Program-made: the position numbers and the translations under genes
Notes under the pieces: model-generated
Told to the model about the DNA's origin: nothing
Databases searched by the model: none
The model's input: the letters and a program-made list of their open reading frames with translations, nothing else
Part shown: positions 55,099 to 64,000 of the stretch, piece after piece
Layout: the number at the start of each line of letters is the position of its first letter
Position numbering within the stretch: position 1 is the stretch's first letter
Source: Patescibacteria group bacterium UBA6241
GTDB taxonomy: Bacteria; Patescibacteriota; Minisyncoccia; Phycocordibacterales; Phycocordibacteraceae
Assembly (NCBI GenBank): GCA_002441425.1
Contig: DJWB01000001.1
Location: 298,712-362,711 of the forward strand
Reading direction: 5' to 3'
Length of the DNA stretch: 64,000 nt

Positions 55099-57315
55099 TT
55101 ACTTCGCAACTGCCTGTGCCTCCTCAAATTTAACTGAAAGAAGCTTGGAAATACCGTCTGCACCCATAGTTACACCGTATAGGATGCTTGCCCTGCTCAT
55201 GGTTTCTCTATTGTGTGTAATAACAATGAGCTGAGACTTATGAGAGAGATTCTCAATCATGTCCCCGTACCTGCGGCTATTAGCCTCGTCCAGCGCCGCA
55301 TCAGTCTCGTCCAGAATAAGGAACGGAGGCGGGTTCACCTGACTCATAGCAAAGATAAGTGCAATTGATGTAAGTGCTCGCTCTCCTCCTGAAAGCTGCA
55401 TCAAAGACTGCACGCGCTTCTTTGGCAGATGCACTGAGATTTCAATACCTGGTTTCTGGTTTGGCTTTCGCTTCACCTCTGTCTCGTACTCATCCTCCTC
55501 GTCCTCGCTTCCAGGTTGCGCAAACTCTTCAAGCACGAGCTTTGCGCCTCCTCCTCCGAACATAAGTCCGAAGAACTCTCCAAAGGATGCGTTTACCTTT
55601 GCAAGCCCCTCTGCGAAGCTCTTCTGGAGTTCTCCATCAAGCTCTGCAATTAACGAACGAAGACCTGCAGCGGATGCGGCCAAGTCCTCAAGCTCTGTTG
55701 CAAGGAAGGACTCACGTTCTGTTGCCTCCTTGTATTCGCTGCGGACATCTTCTCCAGAGCCCCCTGCCTCTTCAACACGAATCTTAAGTCTCTCCATCGC
55801 GCGCTTGCGATCCTCCTGCACTCTGCGGTCTTCATGCGGAAGCTCAGATACAGCTTCATACGAAAGTGCATTCACACCCACAAGTGCAACTGCTTCCCTG
55901 CGATTCTGCTCAAGTTCTTCAGCGAGATAATCAAGTTGACCCAAATGTGCTGAGTGTCGTGCAAGCTCAGACTCAACCTTTGCTTTGCTCTCAGCCAAAT
56001 CTAGGAGACGGCGATTCTGCTCTCTCCCTGTTTCTTCATGCGCCATCATTCGCTCGCGTGCATTAGCAAGTTCTGAGCGTGCGCGTTCAGTTTCTTCCGT
56101 TAGCTCCGCATCCTTTCGCACCATGTCTTCTCGCTTCCCTTCAAGCTCCTTTGCCATGAGCTCCTCATCTGCCATGAAATCATCAGCGGGTCCCGCGTAT
56201 CGCTCAAAGAATGCAGCCATAGCGTTCCGCAAGCTCTGTATTGCGGCGTGAATTGCACCAGGCTCAGCGCCCTCAACAAGCGCTACTTGAGTATCTACCT
56301 CTTCCTTAAGAGCAGACAGATCCTCTCTCGGTATTTTTACGTACGGGTCTCTTGCAACCGCAACACTGCGCTTCTTTGCTTCGTTAAGTGCGCCTTCAAT
56401 ACGGCCCAAATCTCTCGCAAGTACTGAGCGCTCTGCAGTTATACGGTCTAGATTGCGCTCCGCCTGACGCACCGCTTCTGAGCGCTTCATTCCTTCGCTA
56501 TCTGTTGTTGCTCGCTCTTCAAACAAGGCAAGCTCTGCCTCAACTGCACGTAAGCGACCCGTTGCTTCTTGTGTTGCCGCTTCTGTTCTCTCCCGCTCAA
56601 TACGAATGTATGCCTCCTCAATTGCAAAATATGTTTGCGAAGCTGCTCTCAACTCCTTAGCTAGCTCCTCTGCTCGTTCAAGTTTTTCTACTTGCTTCTG
56701 CAGAAAACGAATATGTGGCGCAATCTCTCTGCGAAGAGCTTCTACCTGCGCAACATTCTCTTCAGTTCGCTCAAGTTTACGTTCTGCTTCTTGTTTCTTA
56801 AACTCAAATACTTTTAGACCAAGTGCATCCTCCAGCATCGCACGTCGCTCCCGCGGTTGCGCGGTTAGGATACGATCTGCCTCTCCTTGAGAAATAATAT
56901 GGTGTCCGGTCTCTCCAATGTTTGCTGATGCCAATAACTCCTGTACATCACGCAGACGCACCTTTGACCCATTAATTGCATATTCGCTGGCGCCATCTCT
57001 AAATACTGCACGTTCTATTGAAACTTCATCAAACTCAAGCTTTGGGAATATGCGCGCACGATTATCAAATACGATTGTTACCGCAGCGCGATTGGCACGA
57101 GGCGTTATGTTTGAACCAGACCAAATAAGATCCTCGCTGCGTTTTCCGCGCATTGATTTCATGGACTGCTCACCAAGTGCAAAACGGAACGCCTCTGCAA
57201 CGTTTGATTTTCCTGACCCGTTTGGTCCAACCACTGACGTTACAGAACTAGAAAAATCCAAGACCGTTTTCTTTGCAAACGATTTGAATCCCGCGATCTC
57301 TAGTCGCTTTAGCAT
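55099..57315 (-). CDS. smc: Short SMC-family ATPase
   Basis: GFKSF, GPNGSGKSN, IISQG, LSGGE, LDETDAALDEAN; only 738 aa; near rnc. Confidence 0.85.
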   Translation of the reverse strand: MLKRLEIAGFKSFAKKTVLDFSSSVTSVVGPNGSGKSNVAEAFRFALGEQSMKSMRGKRSEDLIWSGSNITPRANRAAVTIVFDNRARIFPKLEFDEVSIERAVFRDGASEYAINGSKVRLRDVQELLASANIGETGHHIISQGEADRILTAQPRERRAMLEDALGLKVFEFKKQEAERKLERTEENVAQVEALRREIAPHIRFLQKQVEKLERAEELAKELRAASQTYFAIEEAYIRIERERTEAATQEATGRLRAVEAELALFEERATTDSEGMKRSEAVRQAERNLDRITAERSVLARDLGRIEGALNEAKKRSVAVARDPYVKIPREDLSALKEEVDTQVALVEGAEPGAIHAAIQSLRNAMAAFFERYAGPADDFMADEELMAKELEGKREDMVRKDAELTEETERARSELANARERMMAHEETGREQNRRLLDLAESKAKVESELARHSAHLGQLDYLAEELEQNRREAVALVGVNALSYEAVSELPHEDRRVQEDRKRAMERLKIRVEEAGGSGEDVRSEYKEATERESFLATELEDLAASAAGLRSLIAELDGELQKSFAEGLAKVNASFGEFFGLMFGGGGAKLVLEEFAQPGSEDEEDEYETEVKRKPNQKPGIEISVHLPKKRVQSLMQLSGGERALTSIALIFAMSQVNPPPFLILDETDAALDEANSRRYGDMIENLSHKSQLIVITHNRETMSRASILYGVTMGADGISKLLSVKFEEAQAVAK

Positions 57316-57417
57316 TGTGATTTAGTATACCGTGCGATTGATTGAGAACGGAGCAGGATATGTAGAGAAAACCGCCCGCAGCCTGGATAGGCTGGGGCGA
57401 TTGAATTGCAACTTGGT

Positions 57418-57849
57418 TCAGGTGGAGTTTTGAAACCCACCCTGTCTGTCCACGCCAAGCCTGACGAGAAACCAGAGCAGAGCGCAGAGAACGAGCACCA
57501 GATCCAGCGTTCCGGCCATGAAGTATGCGTCTCCGAGCGACGCACGCGCAGCCATGAAGATCGTGGAGGACACGAGCGCCGTCACGAGGACTGAAATGCC
57601 GGCTCCAAGCAGGACGGGGCCGCGCTCCTCCAATGGCTTGAGGAATTCCCCGAGGACTCCGGTTCCGTACAGCAGGAACAAGAGCATGGTGGCCGGCATG
57701 GCCCACGCGATGATGAGCGACGCGTGCTCAGGCAGATTGCCTGCCATGTGCTGGATAAAGCCGAACTGGCCCGCACCCATCCCCAGAAAGAAGACAGCTC
57801 CGATGCAGAGCATCAGGAGCAACATTCCAAGAAACTTAACCGTATTCAT
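57418..57849 (-). CDS. Orphan four-TM membrane protein (GC-rich)
   Basis: Hydrophobic ORF; GGAGGG SD before ATG 57849; hairpin near 57369-57401 downstream. Confidence 0.65.
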   Translation of the reverse strand: MNTVKFLGMLLLMLCIGAVFFLGMGAGQFGFIQHMAGNLPEHASLIIAWAMPATMLLFLLYGTGVLGEFLKPLEERGPVLLGAGISVLVTALVSSTIFMAARASLGDAYFMAGTLDLVLVLCALLWFLVRLGVDRQGGFQNST

Positions 57850-57912
57850 CTTCTTCCCTCCAAGGGCACTCCACAGCGGAGTGGGATCAATCCACGTATA
57901 CAATACGCTACT

Positions 57913-58596
57913 TTATGACATTTTGTCAAGCGCTCCTTGCGCCGCAATCTGTTCTGCTTCTTGTTTGCTTGGACCTTCGCCTCGTGCAATTTCTTTGTCT
58001 CCCAAAAATACACCTATGGTAAATCGCTTGTCGTGGTCTGGACCCTCTTCTGCGAGCGTCTTGTATGTAGGAGTAATTCCCTTCTTCTCCTGAGCAACTT
58101 CCTGGAAGTGGCTCTTCGCATCCTGCCAGGTTCGCTTTGCTATAACCTCCTCAATCTTTGGATTCAGGTTCTTAGCTATGAATGCTTCTGCTGCTTCGTA
58201 TCCTTGATCCAAATAAATAGCGCCAAGAATTGCCTCAAACGCATTCGCAAGAATAATCTGGCGGGCTCTCCCCGTGTCCTTTCGCTCTCCTTTAGAGAGA
58301 AGGAGCATATCGTTAACACCAAGACGCTCTGCTTCTTCAGCCAGCGAATAGGTATTAACCAGCGCCGCTCTGTACGCAGTTAACTCTCCCTCAGGCTTGT
58401 GTGGGAAGCGGGTGTACAGGAAATGAGTAACTGCAAGCTCAAGGACAGCGTCTCCGAGAAACTCCAGACGCTCGTTATGATTCCCGGCAGTACGGTGCTC
58501 GTTTAGGTAGGACCTATGCGTAAGAGCCTCAATCAATAGATCAAGGTTCTTAAACTGGACTCCGAGGAGTGCTGCATGTGCGGCAAAATCAGACAT
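57913..58596 (-). CDS. rnc: Ribonuclease III
   Basis: NERLEFLGDAVL plus dsRBD. Confidence 0.96.
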   Translation of the reverse strand: MSDFAAHAALLGVQFKNLDLLIEALTHRSYLNEHRTAGNHNERLEFLGDAVLELAVTHFLYTRFPHKPEGELTAYRAALVNTYSLAEEAERLGVNDMLLLSKGERKDTGRARQIILANAFEAILGAIYLDQGYEAAEAFIAKNLNPKIEEVIAKRTWQDAKSHFQEVAQEKKGITPTYKTLAEEGPDHDKRFTIGVFLGDKEIARGEGPSKQEAEQIAAQGALDKMS

Positions 58597-58631
58597 AAGT
58601 CCGTTATACCAGAAAAGTGCGTAATAGGAAC

Positions 58632-59534
58632 CTAGGCACGAGTGCGAGCAGTGTCTAGGAGTTTCTGTACTGCTTCAGTAACAATAGGGAGCATATCGTC
58701 ATAAAAGTTAAGATCCAGGATGTCTGTGAGTCTGAACCAGCGCGCATCGTCCAGTCCTCCCTTCTTTTCTAGCTTGATCTCCTCATATTCAGACTCTGCG
58801 AGGAAATAGGATACATGCTTGCGCATCTTTCCGTGTTCAGGATGTGAAGCAATGTACTCATTCTCTCCAATCTTGCTGCGTATGGTTACATCAAGACCGA
58901 GTTCCTCTTTAATTTCTCTAACGGTTCCCTCCTCAACATTCTCTCCTTCCTCAATCTTTCCCTTAGAAAGGGTCCAGTGCCCAAAGACATCGTGTACGAG
59001 TGCAAGATAGTACTGGCCTTCATGATGCGCATACACAATAGCGCCTCCAAGCTGCTGCAAGGGCAGGTCTTCCCTACGTACTCGTTCTTTCTTTCCTGTC
59101 TCTTCCTTCCCTGGCTCTCCGAGTTCTTTGTACACGGCTCCAAGTACTCCGTTTACAAAACGCCCTGAGGAATCTCCTCCAAATACTTTGGCAAGTTCAA
59201 TTGCTTCGTTAATAGCAACCTTTGCAGGAACCTGAGAACGATCTGAGAACAGAAGCTCATACAAACCAATACGAAGAATGTTTCTATCAACAGGAGCAAT
59301 ACGGTCTAGCGGCCAATCTGGTGCAGCCTTTGTTATTACCAAATCAAGATCAGGGCGTTTTGCGAGCACTCCCTGAAGGAGCAGTTCCATAAATGGCTTG
59401 TCCGTATCATCTCCTCCAAACTCTTCAACGTTTCTCTGAAGCGCAGTCTCTGCCTCCTCAATAGACGCATTAGACGTGTCCCACTCAAAGAGGGTTTGCA
59501 GAACAACGGAACGAGCAAGATGCCGATTAGCCAT
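58632..59534 (-). CDS. nusB: NusB fused to a C-terminal NUDIX hydrolase
   Basis: RHLARS, VAINEAIELAK, FVNGVLG; then Nudix box GKIEEGENVEEGTVREIKEELG. Confidence 0.9.
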   Translation of the reverse strand: MANRHLARSVVLQTLFEWDTSNASIEEAETALQRNVEEFGGDDTDKPFMELLLQGVLAKRPDLDLVITKAAPDWPLDRIAPVDRNILRIGLYELLFSDRSQVPAKVAINEAIELAKVFGGDSSGRFVNGVLGAVYKELGEPGKEETGKKERVRREDLPLQQLGGAIVYAHHEGQYYLALVHDVFGHWTLSKGKIEEGENVEEGTVREIKEELGLDVTIRSKIGENEYIASHPEHGKMRKHVSYFLAESEYEEIKLEKKGGLDDARWFRLTDILDLNFYDDMLPIVTEAVQKLLDTARTRA

Positions 59535-59624
59535 AATGAAAAGAGCGTTATAGACAGGATACCCTAAAAACAACACTACGCGCCAGGGGCGCGTAGTGTG
59601 TATAAGTATTTTGAGTTGCTTGGT

Positions 59625-59966
59625 TTACGCTCCTCCTCCAAATCCTGAACGTGTGTTTGAACGAGCCTTCGTTACCTTTCCAAGGAGAGATGGTTTCTTC
59701 TGCTCCTTCTTTGTACCCTCTGGAGTAGTGTCTGCAATCTCAACTGCAGAGCGCTCTGCACGTCCTTCCTTCTTACCCTTCTTCTCAGCCTTCACCTTAG
59801 GAGTGATGATCTGCTTGCCACGGTACATACCAGTAGCCTCATCAATACGGTGAGGCTGGCGTACATTTCCTGACTCCTTATCAACAACAAGAGCCCCGTC
59901 CGTAAGCGCATGGTGGCTTCGGCGGTTGCGGGTATGAGAACGGGTGTGGCGCATTCGTACAGACAT
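59625..59966 (-). CDS. rpmF: 50S ribosomal protein L32 (Cys-less) with C-terminal extension
   Basis: RHTRSHTRNRRSHHAL...PHRI...GMYRGKQII. Confidence 0.85.
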   Translation of the reverse strand: MSVRMRHTRSHTRNRRSHHALTDGALVVDKESGNVRQPHRIDEATGMYRGKQIITPKVKAEKKGKKEGRAERSAVEIADTTPEGTKKEQKKPSLLGKVTKARSNTRSGFGGGA

Positions 59967-60022
59967 AGTGGGCACACCATACCACAGCCTGGTTTCTTGC
60001 GGAAGGGGCTACCCACCTACTC

Positions 60023-60598
60023 CTATAAATGTATGAATGTAGAGCGGTGTTCTGGGGAAAGCCCATGAATACGAAGTGCCTCATAGTGCGCTTTGGTCCC
60101 ATATCCCTTATGCGTTTCAAGCCCATACTGCGGGTATTCCAATGCTTTCTTTTTCATGAGCCGGTCCCTGGTTACTTTAGCTGCAACTGAGGCAAGCATG
60201 ATTACAGGAATACTCCCGTCTCCCCCAATTACGGTTTCCTGCTCATATTCTTTGGGTGCATGGAGAGACCCGTCCAAAAAGACCTTTCCTTTCGTAGGGT
60301 CTGGGAGGAGTTTTTGCACTCCACGCGAAAGCGCATGACGCACTGCAAACGCAATTCCCTGCTCGTCAATTATCTTTGCTGAAGACAGACACACGGTTGC
60401 CGAGATGTTTCCTTTGCGGATTTCTTCTTGAAGAAGAAGAAAGAGCGCTTCCCTTTTCTTCTCTGAAAGTTTCTTTGAATCATTAAGCCCTGGGAAGATA
60501 TCCAGAATTGGATACTGCTCAGGTATACACACTACTCCAACCGCTACGGGCCCTGCGACGGGGCCGCGGCCCGCTTCATCAACACCAACTACCAACAT
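60023..60598 (-). CDS. rnhB: Ribonuclease HII
   Basis: GVDEAGRG, NDSKKLSEKKRE, ASVAAKVTRD, HKGYGT; start at ATG 60598. Confidence 0.95.
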   Translation of the reverse strand: MLVVGVDEAGRGPVAGPVAVGVVCIPEQYPILDIFPGLNDSKKLSEKKREALFLLLQEEIRKGNISATVCLSSAKIIDEQGIAFAVRHALSRGVQKLLPDPTKGKVFLDGSLHAPKEYEQETVIGGDGSIPVIMLASVAAKVTRDRLMKKKALEYPQYGLETHKGYGTKAHYEALRIHGLSPEHRSTFIHL

Positions 60599-61083
60599 GT
60601 TGCACCGGGCGTATATACCGCGTATGAGTTCTCTGAAGTCCCACATCCCCCTGCAGGATATCGAGCAAATGCAGCGCCAGGCGCTACACTGCCACCCTCC
60701 ACTGTTCCATACGCAAGCACTTTATAGTCCACACCGTTAGAAGTGTAGAGATAGCAATAACTTGGAAGAACTGGTTTTGGATCTTTCGGCATACTAGATA
60801 TGTAATTCGGTACGAGACCAGGGATAGCAGTATTACCATCTGAACCCGTGCTGTAGCAATTGGGCGTCGTGCCCCTCCAGTTTGTTTGAACTGGATAAGA
60901 ATTATTGCTGCTGTAATACAGTTCAAGCGCAGTACGGATTTGTTGCAGGTCTGCAACACGGCGAGTGTTATTTGCTTTTGCGCGCGCAGTGCTCAAACTT
61001 GCGAGCACCACCGAAGACAGAAGGCCTATGATGGCGATAACGACGAGGAGTTCTATGAGGGTAAAACCACGTTTATCCTCCAT
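60589..61083 (-). CDS. Type IV pilin/pseudopilin (GspG-like)
   Basis: G|FTLIELLVVIAIIGLL N-methylation motif; Cys-containing head. Confidence 0.9.
   Translation of the reverse strand: MEDKRGFTLIELLVVIAIIGLLSSVVLASLSTARAKANNTRRVADLQQIRTALELYYSSNNSYPVQTNWRGTTPNCYSTGSDGNTAIPGLVPNYISSMPKDPKPVLPSYCYLYTSNGVDYKVLAYGTVEGGSVAPGAAFARYPAGGCGTSENSYAVYTPGATCW
60989..61065. repeat. 77-nt direct repeat, copy 1 (pilin N-terminal helix)
   Basis: 76/77 identical to 61735-61811. Confidence 0.9.
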
Positions 61084-61327
61084 AGGGAACTGCCGGATTC
61101 ATTGGCACTACCTGTGGCGGGGGTCTGTCCACACCACCCGTCATTAACGGAATAGCAATAGCGAGCACTGCTGCAATAATTGCGACGCTTATGAGCACTA
61201 TCTCGGCTCCTTTCTGATCCTTAGCGAGTCCCCAACGAATCACTAATTTAACGAGCGCGGGCTGTTGAGTTGCAAGTGGAGCCGCGCGTACCGACGTATT
61301 CTCTTCGTCAAATGAAATGTCGCTCAT
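61073..61327 (-). CDS. Small single-TM membrane protein between the pilins
   Basis: MSDISFDEE...LVIRWGLAKD..A then TM helix; start at ATG 61327. Confidence 0.65.
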   Translation of the reverse strand: MSDISFDEENTSVRAAPLATQQPALVKLVIRWGLAKDQKGAEIVLISVAIIAAVLAIAIPLMTGGVDRPPPQVVPMNPAVPYGG

Positions 61328-61346
61328 ATAACTATAAATATAGCAC

Positions 61347-61838
61347 CTACTCCCAAACGCCAGTTGAAGAATTGTACATGGTGCAGCTGAAATCTTTTGA
61401 ACCGCGGCATAACCCTGGCGTAGAGGCAGAGGAACAATAGCTTGAGGGCCATTGAGGATAGTAGCCGCAGTACATTCTATTTCCGTTATATGTACTGATG
61501 ACATAAATCATGTTCTGGTCCCCACCCACCCACACAGTCTGAGACCAGACCCATCCATTAGGAGCCTTCGGCCACATACCGTAACTAGAGCCGAGCGTGC
61601 AGAGCGCGTTCGTGGGAACGGTTGTGGAGTTCGGCGCAACCACTTTTCCACCCGCAATATCACATGCGAGGATGCTCGTAAGAAGACCCTTCCCGCTAGA
61701 AAGTGCAGCAGTATTCATAGCCCTAGTTCTTGCCGTGCTCAAGCTTGCGAGCACCACCGAAGACAGAAGGCCTATGATGGCGATAACGACGAGGAGTTCT
61801 ATGAGGGTAAACCCTCGTATAGTTGACTCACTTTGCAT
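61347..61838 (-). CDS. Type IV pilin
   Basis: MQSESTIRG|FTLIELL...; Cys-rich head; TATCAT 6 nt before ATG 61838. Confidence 0.9.
   Translation of the reverse strand: MQSESTIRGFTLIELLVVIAIIGLLSSVVLASLSTARTRAMNTAALSSGKGLLTSILACDIAGGKVVAPNSTTVPTNALCTLGSSYGMWPKAPNGWVWSQTVWVGGDQNMIYVISTYNGNRMYCGYYPQWPSSYCSSASTPGLCRGSKDFSCTMYNSSTGVWE
61735..61811. repeat. 77-nt direct repeat, copy 2
   Basis: 76/77 identical to 60989-61065. Confidence 0.9.
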
Positions 61839-61898
61839 ATATATATGATACCTTACTCTCCCCTGTATTGAGCTCTCTGAAACAGATATACTGTCTAT

Positions 61899-64000
61899 AT
61901 GGGACGCTACGTACATCTCCACACGCACAGCCATTACAGCTTCTTGCAGGCGCTTCCAAAGATAAAAGAGCTCGTCCAGGAGGCTAAGAAACAAGGCATG
62001 TCAGCCCTTGGACTTACTGATGCGGGAAATATGCACGGTGCAATTTCTTTCTACCAGGCTGCTACCAAAGCAGACATTAAGCCAATTATTGGCGTAGACG
62101 CATACCTCGCGCCTCATTCTCGTTTTGATAAGGAGCGGCTTGATACAACTCGTACTCGCGTAGTCTTACTTGCTGAAAATAATGCAGGATACCAGAACCT
62201 TATGGCTCTTGTATCTAAATCCTTCTTGGAAGGCTTCTTGGAGCGTCCACGCATGGACAAGGAACTTCTGCGAGAGCATCGCGAAGGACTTATTGCCATC
62301 CTGCCTTCCTTTGCAGGCGATGTAGCAACTGCATTCAAGGCTGGCGACCAAGACGGCGCTGCTGCAGTACTCGCTGAATACGTAAGCATCTTTGGGAAAG
62401 ACAATGTATTCCTTGAGGTTACACACCATCCAAAAGTTGAGGGCCACACAGAGCGCATGCGACTCATCCAAGCACTTGGAGAAAAAGAAGGAGTACGTTT
62501 GGTTGCGCAGCATGATGTGTACTATCTAAAACCTGAAGACCGAGAAGCAACTGAAGTACTGCGTCGTATTGGACAAGGAGAGCGCGGAAGAAATGAGGAA
62601 GAGGACTTCTCTTTTGTTACAGAAGCTCAGATGCGTGAATGGTTCAAAGATATTCCTGAGGCAGTAGATGCTTCAGGAGAAATTGCGGACCGCTGCAGCG
62701 TAACTATGAAGCTTGGAAGTTGGAACTTCCCTCATGTTGAGGTACCTGAAGGCTCAAGCCATGAGGAGGAGCTCCGTAAGAAAACCTATGCGGGACTTTC
62801 CATGCGCGGCATGGAAAAGACGGAAGAAGTTGAAAAGCGTATTGAGTATGAACTTGATGTCATCATCTCTAAGGGCTTCGCCCCTTACTTTCTTGCAGTA
62901 TCTGATCTCCTTACGTTTGCAAAGTCTGCAGGCATTATGTCCACAACTCGTGGTTCAGCAGCCGGATCACTCGTATCGTATTTATGCGGTATCACCAACG
63001 TAGACCCGTTGTTCTACAAACTCCCTTTTGAACGCTTCCTAAACCCTGAGCGCCCGAAAGCACCGGATATTGATATGGACTTCGCTGACAATCGTCGTGA
63101 CGAGATGATTGCGTATGCACGCGAAAAGTATGGAGAGGATAAGGTTGCGCAGATTGGTACATTCGGAACACTCATGGCGCGTGCAGCTGTGCGCGATGTG
63201 TCCCGCGCACTTGGACACGCATATAGAACTGGAGATCGCATCGCAAAACTAATCCCTATGGGAAGCCAGGGTTTCCCCATGACCATCACGCGTGCACTTG
63301 AGCTTGAGCCAGAGCTAAAACAACTCTATGACGAAGACGAAGACGTAAAAGAAATTGTGGACCTTGCAAAGCGTATTGAAGGCTGTGTACGCCACACGGG
63401 AGTGCACGCTGCTGGTGTGGTTATTGCACCAACTCCGCTTCAAGAATGGACTCCGGTGCAGTTTGATCCCAAGCATCCTGAGAAGCGCATCACGCAGTTT
63501 GATATGCATGCAGTTGAAGATGCGGGTCTCCTTAAATTTGATTTCCTAGGTATTAAGAACCTGGCAATTCTCTCAGACGCTGTTGAGCGTGTGCGTGAGA
63601 CGAGAGACACATGGATTGATATTGAGAATGTTCCTATTGATGATCAGAAGACTTTTGCGATGCTCGCCCGCGGAGAAACTGAGGGAACATTCCAGCTAAA
63701 CGGTTCAGGAATGACGCGCTACCTAAAGGAACTGCAGCCAACATCTATCCATGACATTAACGCCATGGTTGCTCTATACCGCCCGGGTCCAATGGAAACT
63801 ATTCCTCAGTATATTGAGCGCAAAAAGAATCCTCGTTTGATTGCGTATCTAGACGAACGCATGAAGGAATACTTGGACGCTTCGTACGGTCTTCTGGTGT
63901 ACCAGGACGACGTGCTTCTTACGGCTATAACCCTTGGAGGATACTCATGGCTTGAAGCTGACATGTTGCGCAAGGCTATGGGAAAGAAAATCCCTGCAGA
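61899..64000 (+). CDS. dnaE: DNA polymerase III alpha subunit, 5' part (runs off the window; absent from the ORF track)
   Basis: MGRYVHLHTHSHYS PHP motif, RGSAAGS, FERFLNPER, PDIDMDF, HAAGVV, LYRPGP. Confidence 0.95.
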   Translation, partial: MGRYVHLHTHSHYSFLQALPKIKELVQEAKKQGMSALGLTDAGNMHGAISFYQAATKADIKPIIGVDAYLAPHSRFDKERLDTTRTRVVLLAENNAGYQNLMALVSKSFLEGFLERPRMDKELLREHREGLIAILPSFAGDVATAFKAGDQDGAAAVLAEYVSIFGKDNVFLEVTHHPKVEGHTERMRLIQALGEKEGVRLVAQHDVYYLKPEDREATEVLRRIGQGERGRNEEEDFSFVTEAQMREWFKDIPEAVDASGEIADRCSVTMKLGSWNFPHVEVPEGSSHEEELRKKTYAGLSMRGMEKTEEVEKRIEYELDVIISKGFAPYFLAVSDLLTFAKSAGIMSTTRGSAAGSLVSYLCGITNVDPLFYKLPFERFLNPERPKAPDIDMDFADNRRDEMIAYAREKYGEDKVAQIGTFGTLMARAAVRDVSRALGHAYRTGDRIAKLIPMGSQGFPMTITRALELEPELKQLYDEDEDVKEIVDLAKRIEGCVRHTGVHAAGVVIAPTPLQEWTPVQFDPKHPEKRITQFDMHAVEDAGLLKFDFLGIKNLAILSDAVERVRETRDTWIDIENVPIDDQKTFAMLARGETEGTFQLNGSGMTRYLKELQPTSIHDINAMVALYRPGPMETIPQYIERKKNPRLIAYLDERMKEYLDASYGLLVYQDDVLLTAITLGGYSWLEADMLRKAMGKKIPA

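Noticed and set aside
1-64000. Alternative genetic code (UGA=Gly), tRNA/rRNA genes, CRISPR array, transposases, inteins or introns in nrdA/rpoBC/dnaE
   Set aside because: TGA ends intact genes (e.g. 459, 4476, 20406); core proteins show no large insertions; no such elements recognised by eye, though a covariance-model scan was not possible.

Overview
64 kb of a bacterial chromosome in the standard genetic code (TGA is used as a stop codon). The compact core genes, N-methyl pilins, short RpoB, missing rimM and mostly SD-less starts point to a Patescibacteria/CPR (Parcubacteria-like) organism; this assignment is inference. Bases 1-6093 are a defence island: a Septu/PtuAB-like ATPase plus HNH nuclease coupled to a 511-aa PD-(D/E)xK-like protein, a truncated XRE controller remnant, and an M-R-M DpnII/MboI-type restriction-modification system. 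The rest is mainly housekeeping: mgtE, nrdAB, an OmpR two-component system, an ABC transporter, prmC, hisS, a UvrD-nuclease fusion, rpoD, dnaG, rpoBC, trmD-khpA-rpsP, rnr, gdhA, smc, rnc, nusB, rpmF, rnhB, two pilins and the 5' part of dnaE. Single orphan genes are interspersed. Most notable observations: (1) an alternative-oxidase/PTOX-like di-iron protein beside an FAD 2-hydroxyacid dehydrogenase, plus an O2-dependent class Ia RNR; (2) a candidate OmpR box (TTCAY repeat, 11-bp period) at three promoters, one driving a highly structured unannotated ~190-nt RNA; (3) an SMC with no recognisable hinge; (4) two pilins sharing 76/77 nt; (5) a DsbA with SxxS in place of CxxC; (6) pervasive leaderless-type promoters, contrasting with SD-led orphan cassettes. 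No tRNA, rRNA, CRISPR array or transposase was recognised. All family calls come from reading motifs by eye, not from database searches.
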